DNA of 64,000 bases from an uncultured archaeon. Lineage in GTDB: Archaea > Asgardarchaeota > Thorarchaeia > Thorarchaeales > Thorarchaeaceae. Position numbers and translations under genes: made by a program. Numbering within the stretch: the first letter of the stretch is position 1; each line of letters starts with the position of its first letter. The stretch spans positions 205,080 to 269,079 of the forward strand of contig CAZLEV010000003.1 of NCBI GenBank assembly GCA_964558645.1. The letters are read 5' to 3'. Of the stretch, positions 31,982 through 41,429 are shown in pieces. The notes beneath the pieces are model-generated. The model did no database searches. It saw only the letters and a list, made by a program, of their open reading frames with translations, and was not told where the DNA came from.

Positions 31982-32587
31982 TCACTCCCTGATTCTCACA
32001 ATTCTTCCATCTGCCGCGAGTCGATTCTCACAGAAGAGCTTGACACTCTCAACCAGTATTCGGTGTTCTTCAGGGAGTATCCTGTCGGCAAGAGTTTCTC
32101 CAGTATCGTTCTGCCTGACTTCGACTGGAGTCTGCAGGATTATTGGCCCTGCATCCATGTCTACGTCGACGAAGTGCGTGGTACAGCCTGAGAATCTTAC
32201 CCCATACTCCACTGCTTGCCATTGAGCCTTAACTCCCTTGAAGGCAGGAAGGAGTGATGGGTGTACGTTTATCATTCTGTGTTTGAACTCTCTGCAGAAG
32301 AAGGATGTAAGAATCCGCATATAGCCAGCTAGGACGACCAAATCCACGCCGTTGTCTTTCAACACCTGAACAACAGCGCGATCATGGTCCTCTCGGTTCG
32401 GGTGATCAATCTTCGTGATGATTTGAGTCTTGATTCCTGCTTCTTCCGCGCGCTGCAAGCCGTATGCACTGCTCTTGTTACTGATGACTATGGCTATCTT
32501 GCCGTCAAAATGCCCGCTTCGCTGCGCATCGATTAGGGCCTGAAGATTCGTGCCTCGTCCACTTATCAGAACCCCGATACGTGTCAT
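31982..32587 (-). CDS. purN: Phosphoribosylglycinamide formyltransferase (folate-dependent)
   Basis: LISGRGTNLQA, LAGYMRIL, NVHPSLLP, GCTTHFV, DAGPII; start taken at MTRIGV. Confidence 0.96.
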   Translation of the reverse strand: MTRIGVLISGRGTNLQALIDAQRSGHFDGKIAIVISNKSSAYGLQRAEEAGIKTQIITKIDHPNREDHDRAVVQVLKDNGVDLVVLAGYMRILTSFFCREFKHRMINVHPSLLPAFKGVKAQWQAVEYGVRFSGCTTHFVDVDMDAGPIILQTPVEVRQNDTGETLADRILPEEHRILVESVKLFCENRLAADGRIVRIRE

Positions 32588-32640
32588 GTAAAACGGCCGC
32601 TTTAACACGACTATTTATGACTTACTCAAGAATGCTGGGT

Positions 32641-33174
32641 CTAGAAGAATTCTCTTGCAATTATACCAATGAGTGTTCCTAGTAACGAAGCCATAACGAC
32701 AAAGAGGAAGTAGATAGCACTGACAACTCCTCCGCTGACGAGGAACTCTCCGATTCCTACTTCTGGAACCAGCAGTCCGGGAGTGATAAGAAACAGCAGG
32801 AAGAAGCACACAAATGCGACTGCAGAAACGAATGCCGAGAGAAGAGCTCGCCCAGCTTGCGGAATAGTCAATCCAACCGGTACTGCTGCCAGCATAGGGA
32901 TGACAAACACGAAAAGTGCATCGTCAGGGAAAACGTCAATGACAACCTGTGCATAAACAGCCGCATCAATGATTCCGACCAGAATCGGCATCATGATTAC
33001 GAGAAGAATATCTCTGTGCCGTTCTTGCATCTCGATTCCCAGAAACCTCACCATGGGCACACCTTTGCCCGGCACCTTTGTTTCAGTGGTCGGTAACGGC
33101 CTGAAAAGACCCTTCTTCTCTTTCTCTTGTTCATCGTCTGGAGCTTCAACCCGATAGCGGTCTTCTTCTGCCAT
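32641..33174 (-). CDS. Hypothetical membrane protein (4 TM)
   Basis: Charged N-terminus then hydrophobic helices; start taken at ATG 33174. Confidence 0.7.
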   Translation of the reverse strand: MAEEDRYRVEAPDDEQEKEKKGLFRPLPTTETKVPGKGVPMVRFLGIEMQERHRDILLVIMMPILVGIIDAAVYAQVVIDVFPDDALFVFVIPMLAAVPVGLTIPQAGRALLSAFVSAVAFVCFFLLFLITPGLLVPEVGIGEFLVSGGVVSAIYFLFVVMASLLGTLIGIIAREFF

Positions 33175-33339
33175 CTTATGCACTCGTTTTCCTACTAGTA
33201 ACACGGAATAAAGGCTTTGCCTTGCGCAAGCGTGCTCTTTAGTCATCCATGGAGGCTTTTGCATGAAATATGAGTTACCTTTATGATGTAGTGAAACGAT
33301 GAGCAAACGGCGGCCCTAGCCGTTCGACCGCTATGGAGA

Positions 33340-34470
33340 ATGAGAATGTCGCGAGGAAGCAAGTCCAAAGTGAGCGATGATTCGTCATCGCCTGAAGCCG
33401 CGCAGACCCGGCGAAGGAAGATTGAGCACATCGAGATATGTCTTCAGGAGGATGTGCAATGCAAACGCTCAACAATGTTTGAACACATTGGATTCATTCA
33501 TAATGCACTACCCGAGATTGACAAGAACGATATTGATCTCACAACGAATTTCTTTGGACTACGTGCGAATGCGCCTCTTGTGATTGCCGCCATGACGGGC
33601 GGCCATCCAGATACACTTGAGATCAACAGGCGTCTTGCAGAAGCCGCTGAAGAGATGCGGATTCCCATAGGTGTTGGCAGTCAGAGATCTGCAATCGAAG
33701 ATCCTACCTTAGCTAATACCTTCAAGGTTGTAAGAGAGAGTGCGCCCTCTGTTCCAGTGATTGCCAATATTGGGGCAACCCATGTGAAGAGCGCACCTGA
33801 GGCCGTTCAGATGATTGAGGCCGACATCTTGGCAATCCATCTCAATACACTGCAGGAGGCGGTTCAACCCGAAGGCGACTGCAATTCCATTGGAGTCCTT
33901 GAAAACATAGCATTAATTGTAGACTCTGTTGACATTCCCGTAATCGTGAAGGAGACAGGAGCCGGAATATCGTCAAGCGTAGCTCTAGCCCTTGAGGAGG
34001 CAGACGTAGACGGAGTTGATGTGGGCGGTGTTGGTGGAACGAGCTGGGCCGCTGTGGAATACTATCGCGCTCTCCGTGAAAATAACCTCATCAAAGCGCA
34101 TTTAGGACTTGACTTCTGGGACTGGGGAATTCCTACTGCCCTCAGCATCATAATGGTCGGTGAGGTTACTGATTTGGATATCATTGCTACTGGAGGGGTC
34201 CGTTCTGGCCTTGACATTGCGAAAGCACTCAGTCTTGGAGCTGTGGCCGCCGGAGTGGCACATCCATTCCTCAGACCTGCAGTAGAAGGAAGCACAGACC
34301 TCGTTGTACAGGAGATAAAGAAGTTCACAGAGGGGCTTCGAGTTGCTATGTACCTTAATGGATGTGAGATTGTTGAGGATCTTGTTGAACGTCCCCTTTT
34401 GCTCAGTGCAGAGCTATCTAAGACCTTGGAGTCTGTAGATATTGACTATCGGAAGCTCACTCGATTCTAG
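33340..34470 (+). CDS. fni: Type-2 isopentenyl-diphosphate delta-isomerase
   Basis: RKIEHI, AMTGG, GSQR, HLNTLQEAVQPEGD, KETGAG, GGTSW. Confidence 0.96.
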   Translation: MRMSRGSKSKVSDDSSSPEAAQTRRRKIEHIEICLQEDVQCKRSTMFEHIGFIHNALPEIDKNDIDLTTNFFGLRANAPLVIAAMTGGHPDTLEINRRLAEAAEEMRIPIGVGSQRSAIEDPTLANTFKVVRESAPSVPVIANIGATHVKSAPEAVQMIEADILAIHLNTLQEAVQPEGDCNSIGVLENIALIVDSVDIPVIVKETGAGISSSVALALEEADVDGVDVGGVGGTSWAAVEYYRALRENNLIKAHLGLDFWDWGIPTALSIIMVGEVTDLDIIATGGVRSGLDIAKALSLGAVAAGVAHPFLRPAVEGSTDLVVQEIKKFTEGLRVAMYLNGCEIVEDLVERPLLLSAELSKTLESVDIDYRKLTRF

Positions 34471-34590
34471 CTGTTCGTTCACTTGTGGCTCCTACGATAT
34501 AGACCCATGAGTTTTCAATCTCCTTGTCATCCCTTCGAGAAAGATATGTGCAGAACGTTACTGAAACTGGTGCCTTCATCATCAGTCTGT

Positions 34591-35997
34591 TCAGAGCTCA
34601 CCTATCCTGCGAAGGAATCTGGACCTCTCCCAAATACCATCCAACATCTGGACCGCCTCTTCGATAGTATCACCAACAGGAATTCCGTTGAGCTCAAAGC
34701 CTCGGATTATGATTCCATACTTCTCCAGATATGGCACATAGGCCACCACTGTCTTGTTGTACTTCTTGGCTACATTTGCAACCCTAGCTCCGATCTGAAG
34801 AGATATTCCGGGTGCATACGGGAGCAGAAGCAGCAATGCCGCATCGATGTAGTCGATTTCAAGCATAACGTCGAGGACACGCTCGTAGTCGACGTCTGAT
34901 GCACTACCGGTCAAGTCACAGGGATTTTGGAAGGACGATATGCGTCTGTATGCTGCTGTCATCGCCTGCCTCATTCTCTCCTGATCCTCTTCTTTGAAGA
35001 GCGGAAACTCGAGACCATGATATGCAGCCTCATCAGTTGCAATAACACCGTGTCCGCCGCTGACAGTTAGAGCCCCTACCCTCTTGCCCATCATGGGCTT
35101 CACTTCAGACGAGAAGACTTTGGAGTAGGCCATCACATGGTCCTCATCTTCGGCCTCAATCACGCCATATTGTCTGAAGGCTGCCGATGTCACCTCCGAA
35201 TCACCTGCAAGCGAAGATGTGTGACTCTGTGTGGCTCTGTGTCCAGACTCTGACTGACCACCCTTCAAGACAACAACTGGTTTCTTGGGTGCTATTTCGG
35301 AGCAGGCTTTGACAAACTCGCGACCTTCTCCTTTGGAGAATCCTTCGATGTAGGCAAGAATCACTCGAACGCGTTCATCTTGTCCGAAGTGACGCACAAA
35401 GTCGGTTACTCTAGTTTGGGCGGCATTGCCTATTGACACTGCAGCAGCAATGCCGAGGTCACGAGAAGCAAACTCCTCGAGTCTCTCCACAAGCCAGCCC
35501 CCGCTCTGTGAGATAATTGCAACATTACCGTGTCTTGGCCGTGCAACTCTCTCTGAGGGCAGGAAGAAAGTGTCTACTCTGTCCGGGACAAAGACGCCGA
35601 TACAGTTCGGTCCTACCATAGTGATGTCGTATTCTTCAGCAATCTCAACGATTTCTTCTTGTAAACTTGCCCCAGTCTTCCCCGTCTCGCTGAAACCGCC
35701 AGATACAACGATGGTCGACTTTATGCCTAGTTCGCCCACTTCCTTCAGGACAGATGGGACGTACTTGGCCGGGACGGAGATGACCACTAAGTCGATCTCA
35801 TCAGGACAGTCGGTCAGAGTGGGATAGACTTTGATACCCTCGACTCTTCCACCCTTTGGATTAACAGGAAACGTCTTCAATCCATTCTCAAAGCGAAGCT
35901 TGCGGAAGATTACATTACCAGGGCTGAATGGGTTTGACGTTGAAACACCTACAACGGCGGTGACTCTTGGATTTAGCATGACGTCGAGACCTAACAC
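34591..35997 (-). CDS. ADP-forming acyl-CoA synthetase alpha subunit (AcdA-like)
   Basis: PVNP, SGGFSE, GPNCIG, SQSG, phospho-His motif SHTSSLAG, NPCDLTG. Confidence 0.9.
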   Translation of the reverse strand: MLGLDVMLNPRVTAVVGVSTSNPFSPGNVIFRKLRFENGLKTFPVNPKGGRVEGIKVYPTLTDCPDEIDLVVISVPAKYVPSVLKEVGELGIKSTIVVSGGFSETGKTGASLQEEIVEIAEEYDITMVGPNCIGVFVPDRVDTFFLPSERVARPRHGNVAIISQSGGWLVERLEEFASRDLGIAAAVSIGNAAQTRVTDFVRHFGQDERVRVILAYIEGFSKGEGREFVKACSEIAPKKPVVVLKGGQSESGHRATQSHTSSLAGDSEVTSAAFRQYGVIEAEDEDHVMAYSKVFSSEVKPMMGKRVGALTVSGGHGVIATDEAAYHGLEFPLFKEEDQERMRQAMTAAYRRISSFQNPCDLTGSASDVDYERVLDVMLEIDYIDAALLLLLPYAPGISLQIGARVANVAKKYNKTVVAYVPYLEKYGIIIRGFELNGIPVGDTIEEAVQMLDGIWERSRFLRRIGEL

Positions 35998-36074
35998 TGT
36001 TATCCCCTGTGAGCTTTAGTGGAGATTGCATTTGCTCCTTATATGGAATACGACTGTTGTCGTCCATAATTGGA

Positions 36075-37154
36075 CTAAGGCTTCATTTGAGCTAGAATCT
36101 CTCTGAGTCTCGGCTCAGCCAGAATCGCATGCTGAAGTTTGCATAGCAGCTTCGCAGTTTCAGCAAAAATGACTTTTCTAGGAGCATCAGTCACTTGCTC
36201 CGCACTCTGGATTGCTTCCTGGCATCTCTGGTTTATTCTCTTGATGAGGCGCTTCTCGAGCTCAGGGCCGCCCCAGCCAAATCCATCGAATGCCGTCTGT
36301 GCGTCGCTGATCTTCTCGTCAGGGTTAGGTTCTTCGCCCTTGAGGATACCCTCAAGACCGGCAAAGTATCTCGCGACAGCTCGCTCAATCCTCTCTGTTT
36401 CGCCTGGATCCAAGTACTTCTCTGGTGGTCTATGCTTGGCAAGGTCTTGAAGCAGCCGTGCTCCTGGCGCTTCAGTAAGAAGTCCTTTAACAATTTTGAC
36501 AAGTATTTGTCCGGGAATCTCTACTGCATCAGACATATGGGGGGATTGAGAGCGATACCTGTGAAGCTCCTTCATGACTTCAAACCAGAACATGGGAAGA
36601 AGGACATGACAACGCTTCGAATATTGGTTGATCATGCGGTTCGTCTGTCCGATCATACCCCACTCGTCGTCTTCGACTTCTGCTTTCTTGTAGGGCTCTG
36701 GTGGGGTTTCTGGTTCCGTAGGCACAATGGGCCCGGTTCCCTCGCGTTCTTTCGGTGATGTGTGTGTGAGAGGAGTAGCCCTTCCGGTAGTCTTGGGTCC
36801 TCCCTCAAGTATCGTGAGAATCTCCTGTGCCTCTTTCCCCATTTCCATGGCTTTGGCTTTCTGAGAGAGCTTGGGCAGCAGACTCTCAAGCTGTGCCATT
36901 CTCTTGATGATGAGTCCAAGAATGTTGGCAGTAGACTGAGGAATACCTTTTGCGGATGTGGTTTCTTCAATCCATCTACGGGTGCGGAGGAGTCCCTGCG
37001 TCAGCGAGTCAACACGATCAGGATCTATTGCCCCCTCGACTTGTGAACTGAGCAAGAAGTGAATCAGAGTGGAGTTGAGGGTTTCAACTAGAAGCACCCT
37101 GTCGATTAGGTCCTCCACTCGGAATTCTTCTGTCAATTCTGGTAACTCCTTCAT
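36075..37154 (-). CDS. Hypothetical two-domain helical protein with Pro/Thr-rich linker, third gene of the tubulin-like operon
   Basis: ATG directly abuts the stop of the upstream GTPase gene; 359 aa; no recognised family. Confidence 0.75.
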   Translation of the reverse strand: MKELPELTEEFRVEDLIDRVLLVETLNSTLIHFLLSSQVEGAIDPDRVDSLTQGLLRTRRWIEETTSAKGIPQSTANILGLIIKRMAQLESLLPKLSQKAKAMEMGKEAQEILTILEGGPKTTGRATPLTHTSPKEREGTGPIVPTEPETPPEPYKKAEVEDDEWGMIGQTNRMINQYSKRCHVLLPMFWFEVMKELHRYRSQSPHMSDAVEIPGQILVKIVKGLLTEAPGARLLQDLAKHRPPEKYLDPGETERIERAVARYFAGLEGILKGEEPNPDEKISDAQTAFDGFGWGGPELEKRLIKRINQRCQEAIQSAEQVTDAPRKVIFAETAKLLCKLQHAILAEPRLREILAQMKP

Positions 37155-38540
37155 CTACTCTGTTGGTGTGCTCGCTTCCATATAGTAGCTGAAAAGCTCT
37201 CGGAAGTCGTTGATAGCGCTAACGAGTTCCTTTCGGGATGTGCCCTTGGATCTCATGAACCAACTCTGTTTCAACGGAGATGGACCACTATGGAGATTGA
37301 CTAGCTGAGTTGCTTCATTTATGAGTTGAACAAGCTCCGGAATCTTCGGTAGTCCGAGAAGCAACAAAAGATTAGTCGCATAGTCCCTCTTTTCATATTG
37401 AACATAGCATGGAGTGATGGCAGCTCCTGGTGCAATGAACTGGTCGAGAGCCTCTTTGAGATGCATACCATATTCTGCCTTCGAAATATGTCGCGGCCCG
37501 CTGAAGACATAGTAGACGCTCTCAGCATTAGGCTCCTCGCCAACGTCTGCATATGAACACTCCTTCACGGCATAATCGATCATAGTTCGGAGCTGTTTTG
37601 GCATACTCCCAGCATCGGGGATCAGACCAACATCCGTGTAGAGTGCAGGCACGACCACTGGATCCAGTTTCCGTGCGTAGTCTGCGAGATCTGTTGTTGG
37701 GAATACATCCTTATGTGTTTCATAGACGCCTGGTGAGAGCATTGCTTCGACAACATCAAGAGCAAGCGGATTGACAAGCTCTACAAAGGCCTGTTCGGTT
37801 CTCTCCTCAATCTCAGTCGCCTCATCGAGAGTTGAGGGTACCATTGTTTCGATTGAACCTACACTGGCTATGTCAACGTTAAGCTCTCGCTCAAGATAAT
37901 CAACGCTATCGCTTCTTCGTGACTGGAGGATTCGTTTCAGCATTGTCCTGTTACTCAGGAGAATAGTTAGGTCTGCCCCACGTTCCTGTAGCTGTGCACG
38001 GAGTAGTTTGGAGACCGCCCATATGGAGTTGAGTGCCTCACTTGATTGTCCCTCAAAGGGAAGAATGCCGATTACATAAACGAAAATCCTGCGGCCTTCC
38101 TCTTCTTGGAATCGCTGCTTGAGGAGCTCAATCACTGCTGGCGTACCGCCACATCCAGTTCCTCCTCCGAGACTTGTGAATATGCAGAACCCGGAAACAC
38201 CCTCGAATCCAAGGTTACTGAGCTGGTCAAAGATTATGTCCTTCGAGTCCATGACTGCCTGATAGCCGTCCATGAAACGGCCACCAACTCCAATCTCCGA
38301 TGAACCGTAGAGCAAGGTGTGTTCCTTAGGAATGCCATATTTCGATCTGACCTTGGTAAGATCTGCTCTGTCGGTGTTCATCAGAAGATATCCTCTGACA
38401 CGCGATGGTAGCTTACGGTCTCGGCTCGCCTTGAGGTACGAGCCAACTATATTCGAGCCTGCCTCACCAATGCCTATGGCGAATACCTCTGCCGCTTTCG
38501 TAGACTCATCCTCGGTCTTCTTTGAACTATCTCGAAACAT
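37155..38540 (-). CDS. Divergent tubulin/FtsZ-superfamily GTPase
   Basis: T1 GIGEAGSNI, T2 NTD, T3 GVGG, T4 GFCIFTSLGGGTGCG, T5 LPF, T6 SN, T7 TDLADY; C-terminal helices. Confidence 0.9.
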   Translation of the reverse strand: MFRDSSKKTEDESTKAAEVFAIGIGEAGSNIVGSYLKASRDRKLPSRVRGYLLMNTDRADLTKVRSKYGIPKEHTLLYGSSEIGVGGRFMDGYQAVMDSKDIIFDQLSNLGFEGVSGFCIFTSLGGGTGCGGTPAVIELLKQRFQEEEGRRIFVYVIGILPFEGQSSEALNSIWAVSKLLRAQLQERGADLTILLSNRTMLKRILQSRRSDSVDYLERELNVDIASVGSIETMVPSTLDEATEIEERTEQAFVELVNPLALDVVEAMLSPGVYETHKDVFPTTDLADYARKLDPVVVPALYTDVGLIPDAGSMPKQLRTMIDYAVKECSYADVGEEPNAESVYYVFSGPRHISKAEYGMHLKEALDQFIAPGAAITPCYVQYEKRDYATNLLLLLGLPKIPELVQLINEATQLVNLHSGPSPLKQSWFMRSKGTSRKELVSAINDFRELFSYYMEASTPTE

Positions 38541-38544
38541 GATA

Positions 38545-41232
38545 TTATCCCCGTTTCTTAACCATTGTGTCCGCTATAACTCGAACTGCCCATGATAGAT
38601 ATGAGCTTATGTCCTCTCTGCTGTAGGTCTCGCGGATTTTCCGTACAGCGTCATCCAAGAATTCATCTCGCTTGTCTGCGCTCTCCGCTGGACTGAATCC
38701 GGCCATGAACATCTTCAATGATTTGTGCCAGTCGTCCATCTTCTCTGCTTTGTCGACCCATCCCTTGCGTAGTTTCTTGAGCTCGTTGAAGTGCTTGAGT
38801 GCTTCATCAAGAACCAGTGCTTCATTTAGCTTCGCTTCCAGTTCATACATGCGGTCCAGCGGGTAAATCTTCACGCTGAAGTCCTTTGGATGCTTCTCAA
38901 AGACACGTTCAATTGTTGAGTAGTACTCGCTCTTCTCACGTAATTCAGAGTCAAACTCTTCCGAATCCTTGTTAGCAATGCTCTTGATTACTGTGAGCAT
39001 CTCTTCCTGCACGTTAGCCAATGTAAGACAAACGTCCAGTGCCTCGTTGATGTGCTTAGACTCTGCATCTAGTTGTACTGGTACCTGCTCAACCAGTGTG
39101 TTCAAGCGCGCCACGAACTCTGACATGCCTTCTTCCTCAAAGAGATGAATTGCATCTTTTATCTGACTGTATGCTTCATCCACTCTGCTTCTGATCTTCT
39201 TGTGAAGGTCTTGGGATGTTGTGAGATTGGCAAGTCTGTCAAAGTCCTCAGCAGCAGCTTCAAGGTCACGTGGTGGTTCCGCCTTGATCTTTCTGAGAAC
39301 GTCAAGCTCCTTAGTGACTTCCACTCCGATGCTCTCTGCCTTCTCGAATGATTGCTCCAAGTCGTCGACTTCTTCCATGAGCAAGTCGATGACTTCAGAG
39401 CTGATCTTCTTCTCGTATATCTCGATCATTTTGCGAGCGATTGCCGGTAAGCTGAAGACAGTATCCGCTGCCACTCCAATATTGTTTAGTTCACTGATTG
39501 CTTCTTGGACATCTGGGGGTATCGTTACTCCTGCTCCCATGAGTTTGGCCGCTGCAAGTCGAATCTTGACCCGTAGACGATATCTGAGATTCTCCAACGA
39601 ATCTTTCGCTTTTGCTAGAATCGAATCCTTGATTGTCCGCATCTCAGACCTCAATGCCCCGAAATCGTCCTTCTTGTCCAGAGTACTGGCGCCGTCTTCT
39701 AGATTCACGATTATCGGCATGAAGATCTCAGCATATTCTGGCTTGATGGTTTGGAGGTCTTCGATGATAGCGTTTACTTCCTGTTTGCAGGCATCTCTGA
39801 AAGTTGCCACGCCGCTTTCCACCGCATTCCTGAGATTGTTGAGACTCTCAACAAGATAGACTATGCTTCCTTCGAGGTCTTCAACCTTGGGCGCTTTCTT
39901 GCTCAGTTGTGCATAATCTAGCACCCTGTCGGCAGATGTTGCGAGCTCGTTGAATCTGGCCAAGTAGTTACGTATCTTGTCAGTCAGTTCCTGCTTAGCC
40001 TCATCGCGTATGGTCTTAGCCTTCAGGTAGATTTTGATCATACCATCAACGTCGGACTTCTCAAGTTCCTTTCTTGAGCTTGAAACGAACTTGCGTACAC
40101 CTGACAGATCCTTTATTCCAGTGTCGTCGGGAACATCAGCTGCCTTCTCGACCTCATCGAGGGTTTCTTCTACTTGGTCTTTGAGAGCAATCTTGACTTG
40201 CCCCTCCCATTCAACCATTTTCTGATAGGAGGAGAGAAGTGACGCGACGTCCTCATTGTCGACCGAGAATACAGGAGCCTGAGGTATGACTGCTGAAGAC
40301 GTGGGGATGCCCCCTTCAACTATCTTGCTGGTTACCTCATGCTTCATGTTGATGATCCTGTCCCTTAGCATGTTGGCAACTTGGAGCCTAGCAGTTTCGA
40401 GTTGGCTCTCCAAAGATAATAGAGTAGTAAGCGTCGTGGCTTTGGATGCATCTCTTGCTAATTCACGAAGCTTCTGAGAAAAGTCCATTGGAAGGTTCAA
40501 ACCCAGTCTAGTCGCAGTTTCAACGGAGGCCTGGAGGGACTCAATATCCGACATTAGAGAAACACTGAGCATTCGTGAGACTTCATCCTTACGACCGTCA
40601 AGGTAAGTCCTCTCTACTTGGAGCTTCTTCATAAGAGATAGAATATCAGGAATCGGTAAGTGAGATACTTCGTCAACAGAGACTGTCGTTGCAACTTCGC
40701 TTCGATCTATAGTGATATGCCTCTCATAGGTTTCAACAAATCTCTTGTTTTCGTCCAAGAGCTCCTTTGTATCACGAGCCAGTTCCTGATGCAGGCTGCT
40801 GTATTTCTTCGTAAACGCATCCGCAAACTCGTACAAGTGCGCTGCATCCTTGAAGTCGCCTGCGCCCATCGCTGGAACAGAAACGGCCGAGAGTGCTTTT
40901 GCATCTGCTGGCTTTATCTCCTGGATTGTTGGTATCATGCCCGTTACATCACGATGTGTCTTACGGAAAAGCTCTGCGAAATCACGAATAAGACGCATGA
41001 AGTCTTCCTCAAGGTTTCCCTCAGTATTCTCGACTTTGGATTTGACCTTCCTCTTCGAGAAGAATCCGGCGTCTTCAAGCTCGTTTTCTGTCTTCGACAG
41101 CTTTGCAAAGACATCATAGAGATGCCTCACCTTTCTGTCTACTTGTTCTTCTAGTGAGGGATCAAGTAGTACTAGCATACCTTTCATTTCGGAAACACGG
41201 TCTAGTTCCCGTCGCCAAGTATTCGAGTCCAA
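38545..41232 (-). CDS. Long alpha-helical repeat / coiled-coil protein (~895 aa), first gene of the tubulin-like operon
   Basis: TTG at 41232 with SD GGAGGT; E/K/L/A-rich heptads; stop 4 nt before the GTPase ATG. Confidence 0.8.
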   Translation of the reverse strand: MDSNTWRRELDRVSEMKGMLVLLDPSLEEQVDRKVRHLYDVFAKLSKTENELEDAGFFSKRKVKSKVENTEGNLEEDFMRLIRDFAELFRKTHRDVTGMIPTIQEIKPADAKALSAVSVPAMGAGDFKDAAHLYEFADAFTKKYSSLHQELARDTKELLDENKRFVETYERHITIDRSEVATTVSVDEVSHLPIPDILSLMKKLQVERTYLDGRKDEVSRMLSVSLMSDIESLQASVETATRLGLNLPMDFSQKLRELARDASKATTLTTLLSLESQLETARLQVANMLRDRIINMKHEVTSKIVEGGIPTSSAVIPQAPVFSVDNEDVASLLSSYQKMVEWEGQVKIALKDQVEETLDEVEKAADVPDDTGIKDLSGVRKFVSSSRKELEKSDVDGMIKIYLKAKTIRDEAKQELTDKIRNYLARFNELATSADRVLDYAQLSKKAPKVEDLEGSIVYLVESLNNLRNAVESGVATFRDACKQEVNAIIEDLQTIKPEYAEIFMPIIVNLEDGASTLDKKDDFGALRSEMRTIKDSILAKAKDSLENLRYRLRVKIRLAAAKLMGAGVTIPPDVQEAISELNNIGVAADTVFSLPAIARKMIEIYEKKISSEVIDLLMEEVDDLEQSFEKAESIGVEVTKELDVLRKIKAEPPRDLEAAAEDFDRLANLTTSQDLHKKIRSRVDEAYSQIKDAIHLFEEEGMSEFVARLNTLVEQVPVQLDAESKHINEALDVCLTLANVQEEMLTVIKSIANKDSEEFDSELREKSEYYSTIERVFEKHPKDFSVKIYPLDRMYELEAKLNEALVLDEALKHFNELKKLRKGWVDKAEKMDDWHKSLKMFMAGFSPAESADKRDEFLDDAVRKIRETYSREDISSYLSWAVRVIADTMVKKRG

Positions 41233-41429
41233 ATGCCTACCTCCTTTATGGGGCCTAGTCTTTCTCAGTGCACTATGTTTTAAGTGTGTTCTCCGTAGCT
41301 CCTCCCAGACTTGTATATTTCTATGACAGGCTGCTCCTATTGTGATAAAGCATTGTTTTATTAGCACACGAAAATGCCTTATGTTCTACATAGGACCCTG
41401 CGTAAGGGAAAGCTAGGCGAGTCGATAGA

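Noticed and set aside
34483-34899. 138-aa plus-strand ORF after fni
   Set aside because: Mostly overlaps the acyl-CoA synthetase gene on the opposite strand; no motif.
37155-38540. Calling the GTPase ftsZ, cetZ or bona fide tubulin
   Set aside because: Motifs are mosaic (no GGGGxN, no tubulin MREI/GQCG, large insertion); subfamily cannot be assigned without phylogeny.
38545-41367. SMC/Rad50-like ATPase, or the full 940-aa ORF as called
   Set aside because: No Walker A/B or signature motif; the first 45 codons lie in the promoter region upstream of an SD-supported TTG.
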